A stretch of 64,000 nt of DNA, taken from assembly GCA_963692865.2 (NCBI GenBank), contig OY843592.1, positions 2,208,001-2,272,000 on the forward strand. Direction: 5' to 3'. Origin of the DNA: a bacterium (lineage in GTDB: Bacteria > UBA8248). Positions 27,855 to 37,452 of the stretch are shown in pieces. The first letter of the stretch is position 1; each line of letters begins with the position of its first letter. Position numbers and translations under genes: made by a program. Below the pieces are notes generated by a model. That model was given only the letters and a program-made list of their open reading frames with translations. It did no database searches and was not told where the DNA came from.

Positions 27855-28590
27855 CCACACATATCATGCGACCCGCATTGTGAAGACGAAAAGGCAGGGC
27901 CGCATAATATGCGGCCCCTACGGTGAGCTCCCGACCGGCCCGCAAGGGCTTTTTCGACAACCCCGCAAACCGCCGACGCCTCTCTCCTCACCCTGAGTAG
28001 CCGCCGAAGGCGGCGTATCGAAGGGCCCTGTCCTGAGCCTGTCGAAGGGCGAGGAGAGTCGAACGCCTCGCGCCGAGGCGAGCGGGCATCCTTCGATACG
28101 CGGCTTCGGCGGCTAGTCAGGATGAGGCTGACAAGGCGGCATGCAAGACGAGGATTTGACACGACTGACGAGAAGCAAAAACCACTTCCCCCTTGAGGGG
28201 GTTGTTGAAAAACCCTGTTCCGGGGTCGGGCGGACACACAGGTCCCCGGACAGGCTCCTGCGCCTGTCCGGCTACGCGAGACACAATGGTTCTGTAGGGG
28301 AGGACCTGTGTGTCCGCCCTCGCCTGTCGTTCTGGTCGTGAGCCTGACGTAGGGGTCGCATATCATGCGACCCGCATATCGAACGGGGAGGGGCGCATAA
28401 TATGCGGCCCCTACACCGGCCCCTGCACCGACACCCGAATGAGACGTGTAGCAGGGATAACCCCGAAGAGGGGTTGTCCGAACCCTCCGTGGTTGTCCCC
28501 ATCGGACAGGCACGGAGGCCTGTCCCTACGGATATCGGTCGGTTACATCTTCCGAAATACGAAATCAGGGCTTTTTCGACACCCCGTCCA
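27855..28590. repeat. Mosaic palindromic repeat cluster containing a 227-bp copy of 10976-11202
   Basis: 28188-28414 differs from 10976-11202 at one base. Confidence 0.9.
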
Positions 28591-28839
28591 TCCCGGCCCG
28601 GCCCGTCCGTCCGCCGCTTGACGGGCCGCCCCCCGTCGCATAGGATTCGCCTCGCCACATTACTTGCGGAGCGACCTGCATTCGGGTCGCCCGCGGAATA
28701 CAACACCGTATCCTTGCGGGAATACGCGGGAACCTACCCATAATCCGTGAGTAGTGTGGCAACGGCCCGATCCGGGCCCGCCTGAAACGGCGGAATTGCG
28801 CCCGTTTCCATGGACGGTTGCCGAAAGGGAGGAATCCAC

Positions 28840-30639
28840 GTGAAGACTTGGAATCGCACCATACCCGCCCTCGCGCTGGCGGCGATGATGACCCTGGCCG
28901 GTTGTGGTGGTGGTGGAAGCGCGAGCGCGCCGACGCCGACACCCACACCGACACCGACGCCAACACCCACACCGACGCCGACACCCACACCAACGCCGAC
29001 GCCAACGCCGACAGAACCACGGGGAGAACTCGCGCTTCCCGGCCTCGAACTTATCCCCTTGAAAATGATCAAACTCACGAACCGGGAAATGCAGAAAAGG
29101 TTTGTGGTGCTTGATCCCGGCGCGACTGATGATCACGGCGACGCCGTTCGGAAAGCCGCCTGCAAGGCATACGTTACCGGATGCGAGGATTCAACCGATT
29201 TTTCCGGTAAACTGATCGGGAGAGACGGCAAGACTCTGGTTGATCGGACGGACGGAACAACGCCGTTCTCATCTTTTGAGAATCGAACTATCGCCGGTTT
29301 CACTGAATATAAATGGTATTTGCAAGAATTTGAGAAACTAGGTTCCGTAAAGATAGTTACGGAATCAGTAGGCCCGGATGGCGGCGGAACTTTCGCTGAG
29401 CAATATGGGGCCTCACTCCCGTTTTTGAATATAAACGGAGCGGGGAATAAAGGGCAGGAAAAGGGGGATACTTTTCTGCCTACGCAGGACAGGCATTGGA
29501 AATTCTATAACCATGACGAAATTACCGGGGAGCCGATTCTTGTCGGGGAGCAGGTTGATACGGAAACGCCTCTTGTGGTGCTTGAGGCCATAGCCGCCGA
29601 TAAGGTGATCTATGTCGCCGGACACATGATAGACGCCAACGGAAACTATGTCCGCGATCCTAGCTCAAGCGGATGCAAGGGCAGGGGCGGGGATTACGGG
29701 TGTATATGGGCGCCGATCGCCATCAAGGGCGTCGGTTGGGGAACGAGCTTCTCCTCCCCCATATTCGGCGCGGCCCTCGCGTCCGTTCTCGCCGTTTTCC
29801 CTGATACGCACCACACCGAGTTAGCCCGATTCGGGAAGGCGTGCGCCCTCAAAAAGGGGAACGGCATAGAGGCTTTGCTTCAAAAATCCGGAGGGGTAGG
29901 CGTCGCCGATTTTCATTGTATGGGGGGCGTGGTGGATTCCCTCGCCAAACTACCATCCGGGGGAACGGCGACTATCACGATCAACGGGCAGGCCGTGAAC
30001 GTCGGGGGGCGTAGCGTGTCTCTCGCCCCACAAGCGAGCGTGGCGTCATACGTCATGCGACAGGCGAGCATACAGACGACGGGAAGGGCGATACCGGCAA
30101 GCGTGGCGTATGCGCCGGAGAAGGATGGATTCTCTTTCGAGGCCGTGCAGACCGAGGCCGGATCAATGTCTGTAGCGGGTGTGCAGAAGGTCGGGAGTTT
30201 CTTCGCGCTGGCGGCCATAGGGGAGAGAAAAGACTTTTTCGGTTTCAGCAACGGCCACGGAAACATCATCAATACCGAGATATCAGCCGGACACCAAAAC
30301 GCTTTCCTTCGTTTCGAGAAACAATTTTCAAGGGGGGGAGTGAGTATCAGGGATGCAGAGGGCGAGTCTTTGGGGTTCACCATCCAAAAGGGTGTTGACT
30401 TGACGGACGGGGTGTTTCTCTCTGCGTCGGTTCGTGGCGACAGGTTCCTTGGTGGCGAGGCGAGCATCCCATACGGGCGAGTAAATCTTGACAAGGGGAA
30501 ATGGGAGCATCGCGTATCCTTGGCGACTGATATCGCCGTCGCCGAAAACGCCACCTTGAACATATCGGGGGGCGCGCGTTTTCCGGCGTCGGGTGAGAGT
30601 GAGTCAAACATTTTCGCCGGGTATTCTTTGCGCTACTGA
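28840..30639 (+). CDS. S8 (subtilase)-like lipoprotein with PT linker and possible C-terminal beta-barrel
   Basis: Lipobox LAGC, (PT)14, VLDPG / DHG / GAGN / GTSFSSP motifs, C-terminal GYSLRY; GGAGG RBS, GTG start. Confidence 0.75.
   Translation: MKTWNRTIPALALAAMMTLAGCGGGGSASAPTPTPTPTPTPTPTPTPTPTPTPTPTPTEPRGELALPGLELIPLKMIKLTNREMQKRFVVLDPGATDDHGDAVRKAACKAYVTGCEDSTDFSGKLIGRDGKTLVDRTDGTTPFSSFENRTIAGFTEYKWYLQEFEKLGSVKIVTESVGPDGGGTFAEQYGASLPFLNINGAGNKGQEKGDTFLPTQDRHWKFYNHDEITGEPILVGEQVDTETPLVVLEAIAADKVIYVAGHMIDANGNYVRDPSSSGCKGRGGDYGCIWAPIAIKGVGWGTSFSSPIFGAALASVLAVFPDTHHTELARFGKACALKKGNGIEALLQKSGGVGVADFHCMGGVVDSLAKLPSGGTATITINGQAVNVGGRSVSLAPQASVASYVMRQASIQTTGRAIPASVAYAPEKDGFSFEAVQTEAGSMSVAGVQKVGSFFALAAIGERKDFFGFSNGHGNIINTEISAGHQNAFLRFEKQFSRGGVSIRDAEGESLGFTIQKGVDLTDGVFLSASVRGDRFLGGEASIPYGRVNLDKGKWEHRVSLATDIAVAENATLNISGGARFPASGESESNIFAGYSLRY
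28930..29013 (+). repeat. Degenerate 6-bp tandem repeat (CCNACR)x14 encoding (Pro-Thr)14
   Basis: Directly read from sequence. Confidence 0.95.
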
Positions 30640-30780
30640 ATGCAAAAGAACTTTCCACACGGGCCAGGCAGGGACGACCCCGCCGGGTCCGCCGCTTGAT
30701 TCAAGACGCCCATACACCGCATTTGACCGTAGTTCCGGCTTTCGGGTAAGGCTGCATATAATTCCCATAAGGAGATATCA

Positions 30781-32892
30781 ATGACCACCCGACGTTACGA
30801 ACCCGCATCGCTCCCTCGCTTCCACCATTTTCCCCAAAGTCGAAAACTGCCGTGCCGGCTTGGGCTCCGACCAGTCTTCGCCGTCGTCTTTGCGCTGGCA
30901 ATTCTTGCGCTCTTTCCGCAAGCCTCTCCGGCTCATCCCCTGGACGCAAGCAAACTGGAGCGGGACCTACTCGATTTCGCCATAGAACTTGGGAACCGAT
31001 ATATCCACGAGTACGAACACTTTGGCGCCACCAGTGATCTGGATAAAGCGAATAATTACTACCAATTCGCTCTCAATCTCTCGCCCCCCAATCCCAAGGA
31101 GGCAGAGGGGAGATATCGGCTTGGCGTATTTTTTCTTTACGGTTATCAGCATTCTGGCACCTGGAAGTCCATCGAATATGCCAGGAAACTCTTCGAGAGA
31201 GCCGCCGAGTTGGGCGACATCCGAGCGAAAATAGAACTGAAGCGACTACCCGCCGAGAAGGGCTTTGCTCGCGTGGACCGGCTCACGCCGGACGCGGAAT
31301 ACTGCGGGTTGATCAGGGGGCGTGCTCAAGGTGACAAAAGCGCCGCGCACTGGCCGCTGGTCGCCGAAGAGTACGGCAGAATTCTTTTGGCCTCCGTTTG
31401 CGGGAGCGCCGGTCTCGATTCCAAAGACGGAAGGGACAGTATCCGCGAAGGCATAGGATACTTGCGGGAAGCCGCAAAGAATGGCCGGACCTTCGCTCGA
31501 TATCTGCTGTTTCGGGCGATGGACGAAAAGTTGACCCAACCATTAAGTAGAGACATTAGGGTGGACCTAGCTCAAGGGAACCCGGTAACGGACTCGGATA
31601 AGGGGATTTTGAAGGCGCATATCCAGAAGGGGATTTTGAAGGAGTTGCGGTACGAGTTTCGGACATGCGAACCACCTCTACCAACGGACCCTTTTCTCGA
31701 TCGACCCGACGGCCCCGACAGAAGGAAATATGGACTTATGCAATCGGTGCTGAGTTGGCGGGATGGGGATCCGTACGCCGCTTACGGCCTTCATGAGTTG
31801 GGCAAAGCTTATTACGAACTTTCGCGAACTTGTCGCGAGCTGGCGAAGAAGAAGAAAGCAAATCGGCATAACCGGGTCACGGCGCCTTTCCTCCGCAAGT
31901 ACGCAGAAATTTATGAACGCAAATCCGTCATGTCGCTGCTCATCGCTGGACATCGATGGACGTACCGGTTCGTTCCTTTCTGCCTGCCCGGCAAGGAGGC
32001 CCCGTCGTGCGTAACGGCCCTCGACCACCATGATCCGATCGCGGAGTCTGCGCGAATTTTGGAGAAGCTCTTTTCGGACGGCAACAACGACGCTGTCCCC
32101 GATGATTCGGATGAGGCCGGTTTTTGGAATAAGAGGGCCGAGGGAGGCCGCTCGGAGCGAGCGAATGCTCCGGGCCGGCTTCGTAGTACCGGGACGGGGT
32201 TCTACGTCGCGCCGAAATATGTCCTGACCAACAGACACGTCGTGGAGAATTGCAACGTAATTCGGACGGGAGTGTCGCGCGTGCCCGATCCGAGCAGCAA
32301 CGTAAGAAAAGGAGGAAAGGGGACGGACCTGGCGCTGATCCGCGTCCGGGAGAAAAGGGACGGGGCGGCCCGGGATTTCGAGTTCGCCATGGTCGGAGAC
32401 CGCGTTTACGTTTTCGGTTATGATAGATTGCTGGATTTATTCCCTATCATACAGCCGCGAATGTCGGACGGAATCGTCGGTGGGTGGTCGTATCGGAACG
32501 AAAAACATGAGAGAGCGATGGATCATGGAAATTACCTCCTGTACACCGCGAGCACCTACCCCGGAAACAGCGGGGGGCCGCTCATCAACGAAGCAGGACG
32601 CGTCGTCGGCGTGGTGACGGGAGGAGGTACGGAAAACGAAACCACCGGGTTGGCCATTCCGGCGAACGAGATGCTGTTTTTCCTGTGGAGCGTAGCGAGA
32701 GACTGGAAAAACGAAGAGTTGGAGAAGTTGTCCCAAAAGAAGATTGGCGGTGCCTATGAGTCGATGAGAGCGAGGCTGCAATCTGACTACAAGCTCAAGG
32801 GCGAAATGTTCAGCGCGCAGGTCATCAGCGATCTGGCGCGCGAATTCGTAGTACCGATCACCTGCTGGGAGCAAGAAAAAAAGAAGAAATAG
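30781..32892 (+). CDS. Secreted Sel1/TPR-like repeat protein with C-terminal trypsin-like serine protease
   Basis: Signal/TM segment; A.YRLG..FLYG...A.KLFERAAELG..A; GTGF..LTNRHVV, DLALI, PGNSGGPL. Confidence 0.8.
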   Translation: MTTRRYEPASLPRFHHFPQSRKLPCRLGLRPVFAVVFALAILALFPQASPAHPLDASKLERDLLDFAIELGNRYIHEYEHFGATSDLDKANNYYQFALNLSPPNPKEAEGRYRLGVFFLYGYQHSGTWKSIEYARKLFERAAELGDIRAKIELKRLPAEKGFARVDRLTPDAEYCGLIRGRAQGDKSAAHWPLVAEEYGRILLASVCGSAGLDSKDGRDSIREGIGYLREAAKNGRTFARYLLFRAMDEKLTQPLSRDIRVDLAQGNPVTDSDKGILKAHIQKGILKELRYEFRTCEPPLPTDPFLDRPDGPDRRKYGLMQSVLSWRDGDPYAAYGLHELGKAYYELSRTCRELAKKKKANRHNRVTAPFLRKYAEIYERKSVMSLLIAGHRWTYRFVPFCLPGKEAPSCVTALDHHDPIAESARILEKLFSDGNNDAVPDDSDEAGFWNKRAEGGRSERANAPGRLRSTGTGFYVAPKYVLTNRHVVENCNVIRTGVSRVPDPSSNVRKGGKGTDLALIRVREKRDGAARDFEFAMVGDRVYVFGYDRLLDLFPIIQPRMSDGIVGGWSYRNEKHERAMDHGNYLLYTASTYPGNSGGPLINEAGRVVGVVTGGGTENETTGLAIPANEMLFFLWSVARDWKNEELEKLSQKKIGGAYESMRARLQSDYKLKGEMFSAQVISDLAREFVVPITCWEQEKKKK

Positions 32893-33179
32893 GGGGCTGG
32901 CCGGCATCGGGGTTACGGTGCGCGGAATTCGCTTGTGGCTGGCCTGATGATTGGCGTGATGGAGAATGTGGGAGAGGGAGGGGGTAGCGAGCAGGTGATA
33001 CAGCAGGGATCCCCCCCGTGGTTGTCTTTTCAGTTTGGATATGAGCCGGACAGGCGCGGAGGCCAAAACAGGCCGAGGGTCTCTCCGGCTACGGAGTATG
33101 GCAATCCTCCGATTCAAAATTGAAATTTCGCCCAATGCCGGGAGATTTATCGAACGCTCACGGCTAGAATGCGCGCGCT

Positions 33180-34325
33180 TCACGAACCCGCGGGCACGCA
33201 GACCATCCCTTCCATGAGCCTTCGCGCCGTGCGGTAGACGATCACCTTCTCGGCCACGGGGCCTTCGGGCGTCCCGGAGACCACCGCGTTTATCGTCTGC
33301 ACGCCGGATGGGTGCCCGAGCCGGATGTCGCCCGCCCCGCTTCGGGCGGCCTCGTGCGTCAGCGTCCCCGGTATCCGCGCGGCGACGGCGAGGCACATCG
33401 CGCCCGTGAGGGCGAAGGCGCGGTGGGTCTTGCCCATCGAGACGATGCGGGCCGCTATGTCGCAATCCTCCGCCGAGACGATATCGCCCTTCAAGTCCAT
33501 GTATTCCAGGGGCGGGGCGACCATCACCACCTTGGGAACCGCCTGCACGCTCTCCGAAGCCTCTCTCCTGTCGCGCGCAAGCCCCATGCGCACGGCGGCC
33601 TCCGCGCGGATCTGCTCCAGATTCACCATCACCTCGACTTGGGCGTCGATGCGGCCGGGGCCTTCCCCGCCGGCCAGCCCCAAATCCCCGGCGCGCACGA
33701 AGACCATCGGGTTGGTGGCGTCCACCATGCTCGCCTCGACCCTGCCGATTCCCTCGATCTCGAAGGCGTCCACCGCGTTGCCCGAGGGCAGCAGCTTTCC
33801 GGTAGCCGCGCCGCCCGGGTCCATGAATTCGAGCGTGATGCGCGCGCCGGCGCCCGATACGCCGGGAAGCTCGTACGAGCCGCCGACGCCCGCCGCGCCG
33901 TCTTCCACCGGGAAGCGCGCGTGGTAGGTCTTGCCCGTGTTCGTGTTGTAGACGCGCACGGCGGCGGTTCCGTCTTTAACCTCCACCAACCCCTCGTCCA
34001 CGGCGAACGGCCCGACCGCGCTCGATATGTTCCCGCACGTGCCGACGTAGTCCACGGTCTCGTCCGTTACGCCCACCTGCGCGAAGGTGAAGTCCACGTC
34101 CGCGTCCGCGCGCGCGGACGGCGCCACGACCGCGATTTTGCTTAAAGACGATATCCCGCCGCCCAGACCGTCGAGCTGGCGTCCGTTCGGGTCGGGACTG
34201 CCCAGCGCCTTGAGGAATACGGCGTCGCGCTCGGCTTGATCTCCGGGCAGGTCTTTTTCGTGGAAGACGATGGCGCGGCTCGTGCCCCCGCGCATGAAGA
34301 CGGCCGGATATTTCCTTTGGCTCAT
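33180..34325 (-). CDS. prpF: PrpF family isomerase
   Basis: FMRGGTSR, QLDGLGGG.SS.SK, CGN, SMG..H, RTARRLMEG. Confidence 0.9.
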   Translation of the reverse strand: MSQRKYPAVFMRGGTSRAIVFHEKDLPGDQAERDAVFLKALGSPDPNGRQLDGLGGGISSLSKIAVVAPSARADADVDFTFAQVGVTDETVDYVGTCGNISSAVGPFAVDEGLVEVKDGTAAVRVYNTNTGKTYHARFPVEDGAAGVGGSYELPGVSGAGARITLEFMDPGGAATGKLLPSGNAVDAFEIEGIGRVEASMVDATNPMVFVRAGDLGLAGGEGPGRIDAQVEVMVNLEQIRAEAAVRMGLARDRREASESVQAVPKVVMVAPPLEYMDLKGDIVSAEDCDIAARIVSMGKTHRAFALTGAMCLAVAARIPGTLTHEAARSGAGDIRLGHPSGVQTINAVVSGTPEGPVAEKVIVYRTARRLMEGMVCVPAGS

Positions 34326-34326
34326 G

Positions 34327-36300
34327 TCAAGGGCCGTCCCGCGTTTCGGCGGGAGAGGCGCCTCCCCCCTCGATGCGCGCGAGCGCGAGCGCGCCGCCCG
34401 CCTCGAGCATGCGCCGCTCGCGCTCGGTGAGGGGACACTCGGCGCTGAATGTGTCGCCTGTCTCCAGGTTTTCGACCCGGAAAAGGCCCGTGGCGAGGGA
34501 ATCCTGGATGTCGGATATGGAGAGCTTCTGGCCGGCGTCCACTTTTTCGTAGTCCTCCTCATCGGTGAACGTCAAAGGCAGGATGCCCCAGTTGATCAGG
34601 TTCGCCCGGTGGATTCTCGCAAAACTCTTGGCGATGACGGCGCGCACGCCGAGTATCATCGGGCAGATGGCCGCCTGCTCGCGGGCAGAACCCTGCCCGT
34701 ACGTCTTCGCCCCGACGATGACGCCGCCGCCCGCCTCTCTCGCGCGTAAGGCGAACGTCTCGTCCACGCGCCTGAAGGTGAAATCGGCGAGCGCCGGCAT
34801 GTTCGTCCGGTAGGTGATGGCCTCGACCCCCGCCGGGCTGATGTGGTCGGTCGAGACGTTGTCGCCCAGCTTGATGAGGATTTCTCCCGCCCAGGAATCG
34901 CCGATAAACGCTCCCACGGGCACGGGCCGGATGTTCGGCCCCCGGATGATCTCCACCTCCGCCGGGTCATCGGCGGGCGCGACGATGCCCGTCCTGTCGC
35001 TCGCGAAGCGGTAGGGGAGCAGGACTTCCGGCGCTCTTCCCTCGTCCCTCGGGTCTCTTATCTCGCCGTGCAGGGCGGCGACGGCGGCGAGTTCGGGACT
35101 CGCGAGATACACGGCGTCCTCGCTCAGCCCCGAGCGGCCCTTGAAGTTTCTGTTGAAGGCGCGCAGGGAGTTCATGCCCGGCGCGGGGATGTGGGCGTAG
35201 CCGGGGCAGGAACCGCAGGTGGATTCCGACACGCAGACGCCCGCGGCGAGCAGATCGGCCAGGTGGCCCTCTCTCGCGAGTTCCTCGAACGCCTGTCGGC
35301 TGCCCGGAAAGACGATCGCGTCGACGCCGTCGGCCACCTTGCGGCCCCTCAGCACCTGCGCGAAGGAGGCCACGTCCGTGAACGTGCCGTTCGTGCAGCT
35401 TCCGATGATGACCTGGTGGACCGGCGTGCCGACGGCTTCCGCGACGGGAACCACGTTCTCGGGGTTCGAGGGCAGGGCGACCAGGGGCTGGACGTCTCCC
35501 AGATCGAGGTCGATTCTCTCGTCATACTCGGCGTCGGCCTCCGCTTCCTGGGGCTTCCAGTCGGCGATGCGCCCGATGCGCTCGTAGAACGTCCTGGTCT
35601 GCGCGTCGCTGGGGAAGATGCTGCCCGTGAGGCCGAGTTCGGTGCCCATGCTGGCGATGGTGAAGCGCTCCGGCACCGAGAGCGCGCGTAGGCCCGGCCC
35701 CGTGTATTCGAAATACTTGCCGATTCCCCCCCGCGCGCCCAGGCGGCGCAGGAGTTCGAGAATCAAGTCTTTCGCCGTGGCCCAGGCGCCCGGCTTCCCG
35801 GTGAGACGAACCTCGACGATAACCGGACGCGGGATGATGGTCGCCCCCGTCGCCATGGCGGTCGCCACGTCCATGCCGCCAGCGCCGATGGCGAGCATCC
35901 CTACCGCGCCGCCCTGGGGGGTATGCGAATCCGTGCCGAGGAGGCTCTCGCCGGGGACGGAGAATTCCTCCAGATGCACGTTGTGGCAGATGCCGTTTCC
36001 CGGTTTGGAGAAATGGATGCCGTGCTTGCGGCAGAAGCCGAGCATGAAGCGATGGGCGTCGGTGTGGAGGCTGTTGACCTGGATGGTCTGGTGGTCGCCG
36101 TACATGACGGCTATCTTCTGTTTCACCCGCGCGAAGCCCATCGCCTCGAAGTGGAGCAGGGCGGTGGGGCCGGATGCGTCCTGCAGAAGCGCCTGGTCGA
36201 TTCGTATCTCGACCTCCTCGCCCGGCGTTCTCGCGGCGCCCGATACCAGGTGCGCGTCGATGAGCTTTTGGGTGAGGCTGCGCGCGCCCTGCTCAGCCAC
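34327..36300 (-). CDS. Aconitate hydratase family protein (short, ~660 aa type)
   Basis: DSHT, IGSCTN, CGSC Fe-S ligands, FNRNF.GR, STDHI, AKSFARIH. Confidence 0.88.
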   Translation of the reverse strand: MAEQGARSLTQKLIDAHLVSGAARTPGEEVEIRIDQALLQDASGPTALLHFEAMGFARVKQKIAVMYGDHQTIQVNSLHTDAHRFMLGFCRKHGIHFSKPGNGICHNVHLEEFSVPGESLLGTDSHTPQGGAVGMLAIGAGGMDVATAMATGATIIPRPVIVEVRLTGKPGAWATAKDLILELLRRLGARGGIGKYFEYTGPGLRALSVPERFTIASMGTELGLTGSIFPSDAQTRTFYERIGRIADWKPQEAEADAEYDERIDLDLGDVQPLVALPSNPENVVPVAEAVGTPVHQVIIGSCTNGTFTDVASFAQVLRGRKVADGVDAIVFPGSRQAFEELAREGHLADLLAAGVCVSESTCGSCPGYAHIPAPGMNSLRAFNRNFKGRSGLSEDAVYLASPELAAVAALHGEIRDPRDEGRAPEVLLPYRFASDRTGIVAPADDPAEVEIIRGPNIRPVPVGAFIGDSWAGEILIKLGDNVSTDHISPAGVEAITYRTNMPALADFTFRRVDETFALRAREAGGGVIVGAKTYGQGSAREQAAICPMILGVRAVIAKSFARIHRANLINWGILPLTFTDEEDYEKVDAGQKLSISDIQDSLATGLFRVENLETGDTFSAECPLTERERRMLEAGGALALARIEGGGASPAETRDGP

Positions 36301-37429
36301 GGCTTCTCATGGTCCTGTAGGGCCGCTTGCCCGGGCCGGTGTAGCGCGCCCGGGGGCGGATGAGGCGGTTGTCGGCCTGCTGCTCGAGGATGTTGGCCGT
36401 CCAGCCCGCGACGCGCGACATGGCGATGATGGGGACGAACAACTCCATGGGGATGCCCAGCCCCTGCCACAGCGGCGCGGAATAGAAATCCACGTTCGGG
36501 ATGACGCCCTTCCGGCTCTGCACGGCGTGGTCGAGCGCGCGCGCCATGTCGAACCACTTGGCGTCGCGCCCGGGCCGGCGGCAGACCTCCTCGGCCAACT
36601 CGATGAGCACGCCCGCGCGCGGGTCGCCGCTCTTCGTGTAGACTCGGTGGCCGAAGCCCATGAAGAGCCTTTTCCTGGCGAGCGCCGCCTCGACGAAGGG
36701 CTCCACGTTCTCGATGTCGCCGATCTCCCTCAAGGTCTCCATCACCGCGAGGCCCGCGCCCCCGTGAAGCGGGCCCTTGAGCGCGCTGATGCCCGCCGTG
36801 ACGGCGGAGTAGATGTCCGACATGGTGGAGGTGACGACGCGCGTCGCGAAGGTCGAGGCGTTGAACTCGTGCTCCGCGTAGAGCACCAGGGTGGCGTCGA
36901 GCGCGCGGGCGTCGATCTTCTCGGGCGCCCGGCCCGTGATCATGTAGAGGAAATTCGCCGCGTGGCCGAGTCCCCGGCGCGGGTTCAGCGGCTTGAGACC
37001 CGCCGCGAGGCGGTGCTGGGCCGCGACGATGGTGGGCATCTTCGCGGTGAGACGGAGCGCCTTTCTGCGGTTCGCCTCGGGCGAGTCGTCTTCCGCCTCA
37101 GGGTCGAACAGCCCCAGAATCCCCACGCCGCCCCTCAGCGCCGCCGTTCTCTGCTCGCCGGGGGGTATCTGCTTGAGAGCGCGCATCATCCCGGGCGAGA
37201 GCGCGCGCTCGGCCTTCATGGCCCCGCCGAATTCCTTGAGCCTCTCGCGGGTGGGGAGCTCTCCGCGCCACAGGAGATAGGCGACCTCCTCGAAGGTGAC
37301 CTTCTTTCTCACCATCTCGGGCACGTCGTAGCCGTAATACCCCAGAATCCCGTTCACGCCGTCCAGGGAGCATATCCGCGTGTCGGCCGCGATGACGCCC
37401 TCAAGCCCTCTGACGGGTGCATCTTCCAT
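36293..37429 (-). CDS. Citrate / 2-methylcitrate synthase family
   Basis: GLEGV, EHEFNAST, GPLHGGA, MGFGHRVY...DPR, PNVDFY. Confidence 0.92.
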   Translation of the reverse strand: MEDAPVRGLEGVIAADTRICSLDGVNGILGYYGYDVPEMVRKKVTFEEVAYLLWRGELPTRERLKEFGGAMKAERALSPGMMRALKQIPPGEQRTAALRGGVGILGLFDPEAEDDSPEANRRKALRLTAKMPTIVAAQHRLAAGLKPLNPRRGLGHAANFLYMITGRAPEKIDARALDATLVLYAEHEFNASTFATRVVTSTMSDIYSAVTAGISALKGPLHGGAGLAVMETLREIGDIENVEPFVEAALARKRLFMGFGHRVYTKSGDPRAGVLIELAEEVCRRPGRDAKWFDMARALDHAVQSRKGVIPNVDFYSAPLWQGLGIPMELFVPIIAMSRVAGWTANILEQQADNRLIRPRARYTGPGKRPYRTMRSRG

Positions 37430-37452
37430 CGTGAATCTCCTCTGCGGCGCGT

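Noticed and set aside
25017-27860. Long antisense ORFs (947 aa here; also 8901-10670, 35618-37462, 39602-41734 and similar)
   Set aside because: Shadow ORFs of GC-rich genes, Arg/Gly/Ala-rich with no motifs
27461-28513. ORFs spanning repeat clusters that share peptide text with 10732..11364
   Set aside because: Similarity comes from the duplicated non-coding repeat; no transposase motifs
28660-28735. Short GCGG(G)AATAC direct repeats upstream of the S8 gene
   Set aside because: Too short and irregular to call an operator without orthologues
33180-34562. 460-aa extended PrpF
   Set aside because: Extension overlaps the aconitase 3' end; family motif starts at ATG 34325
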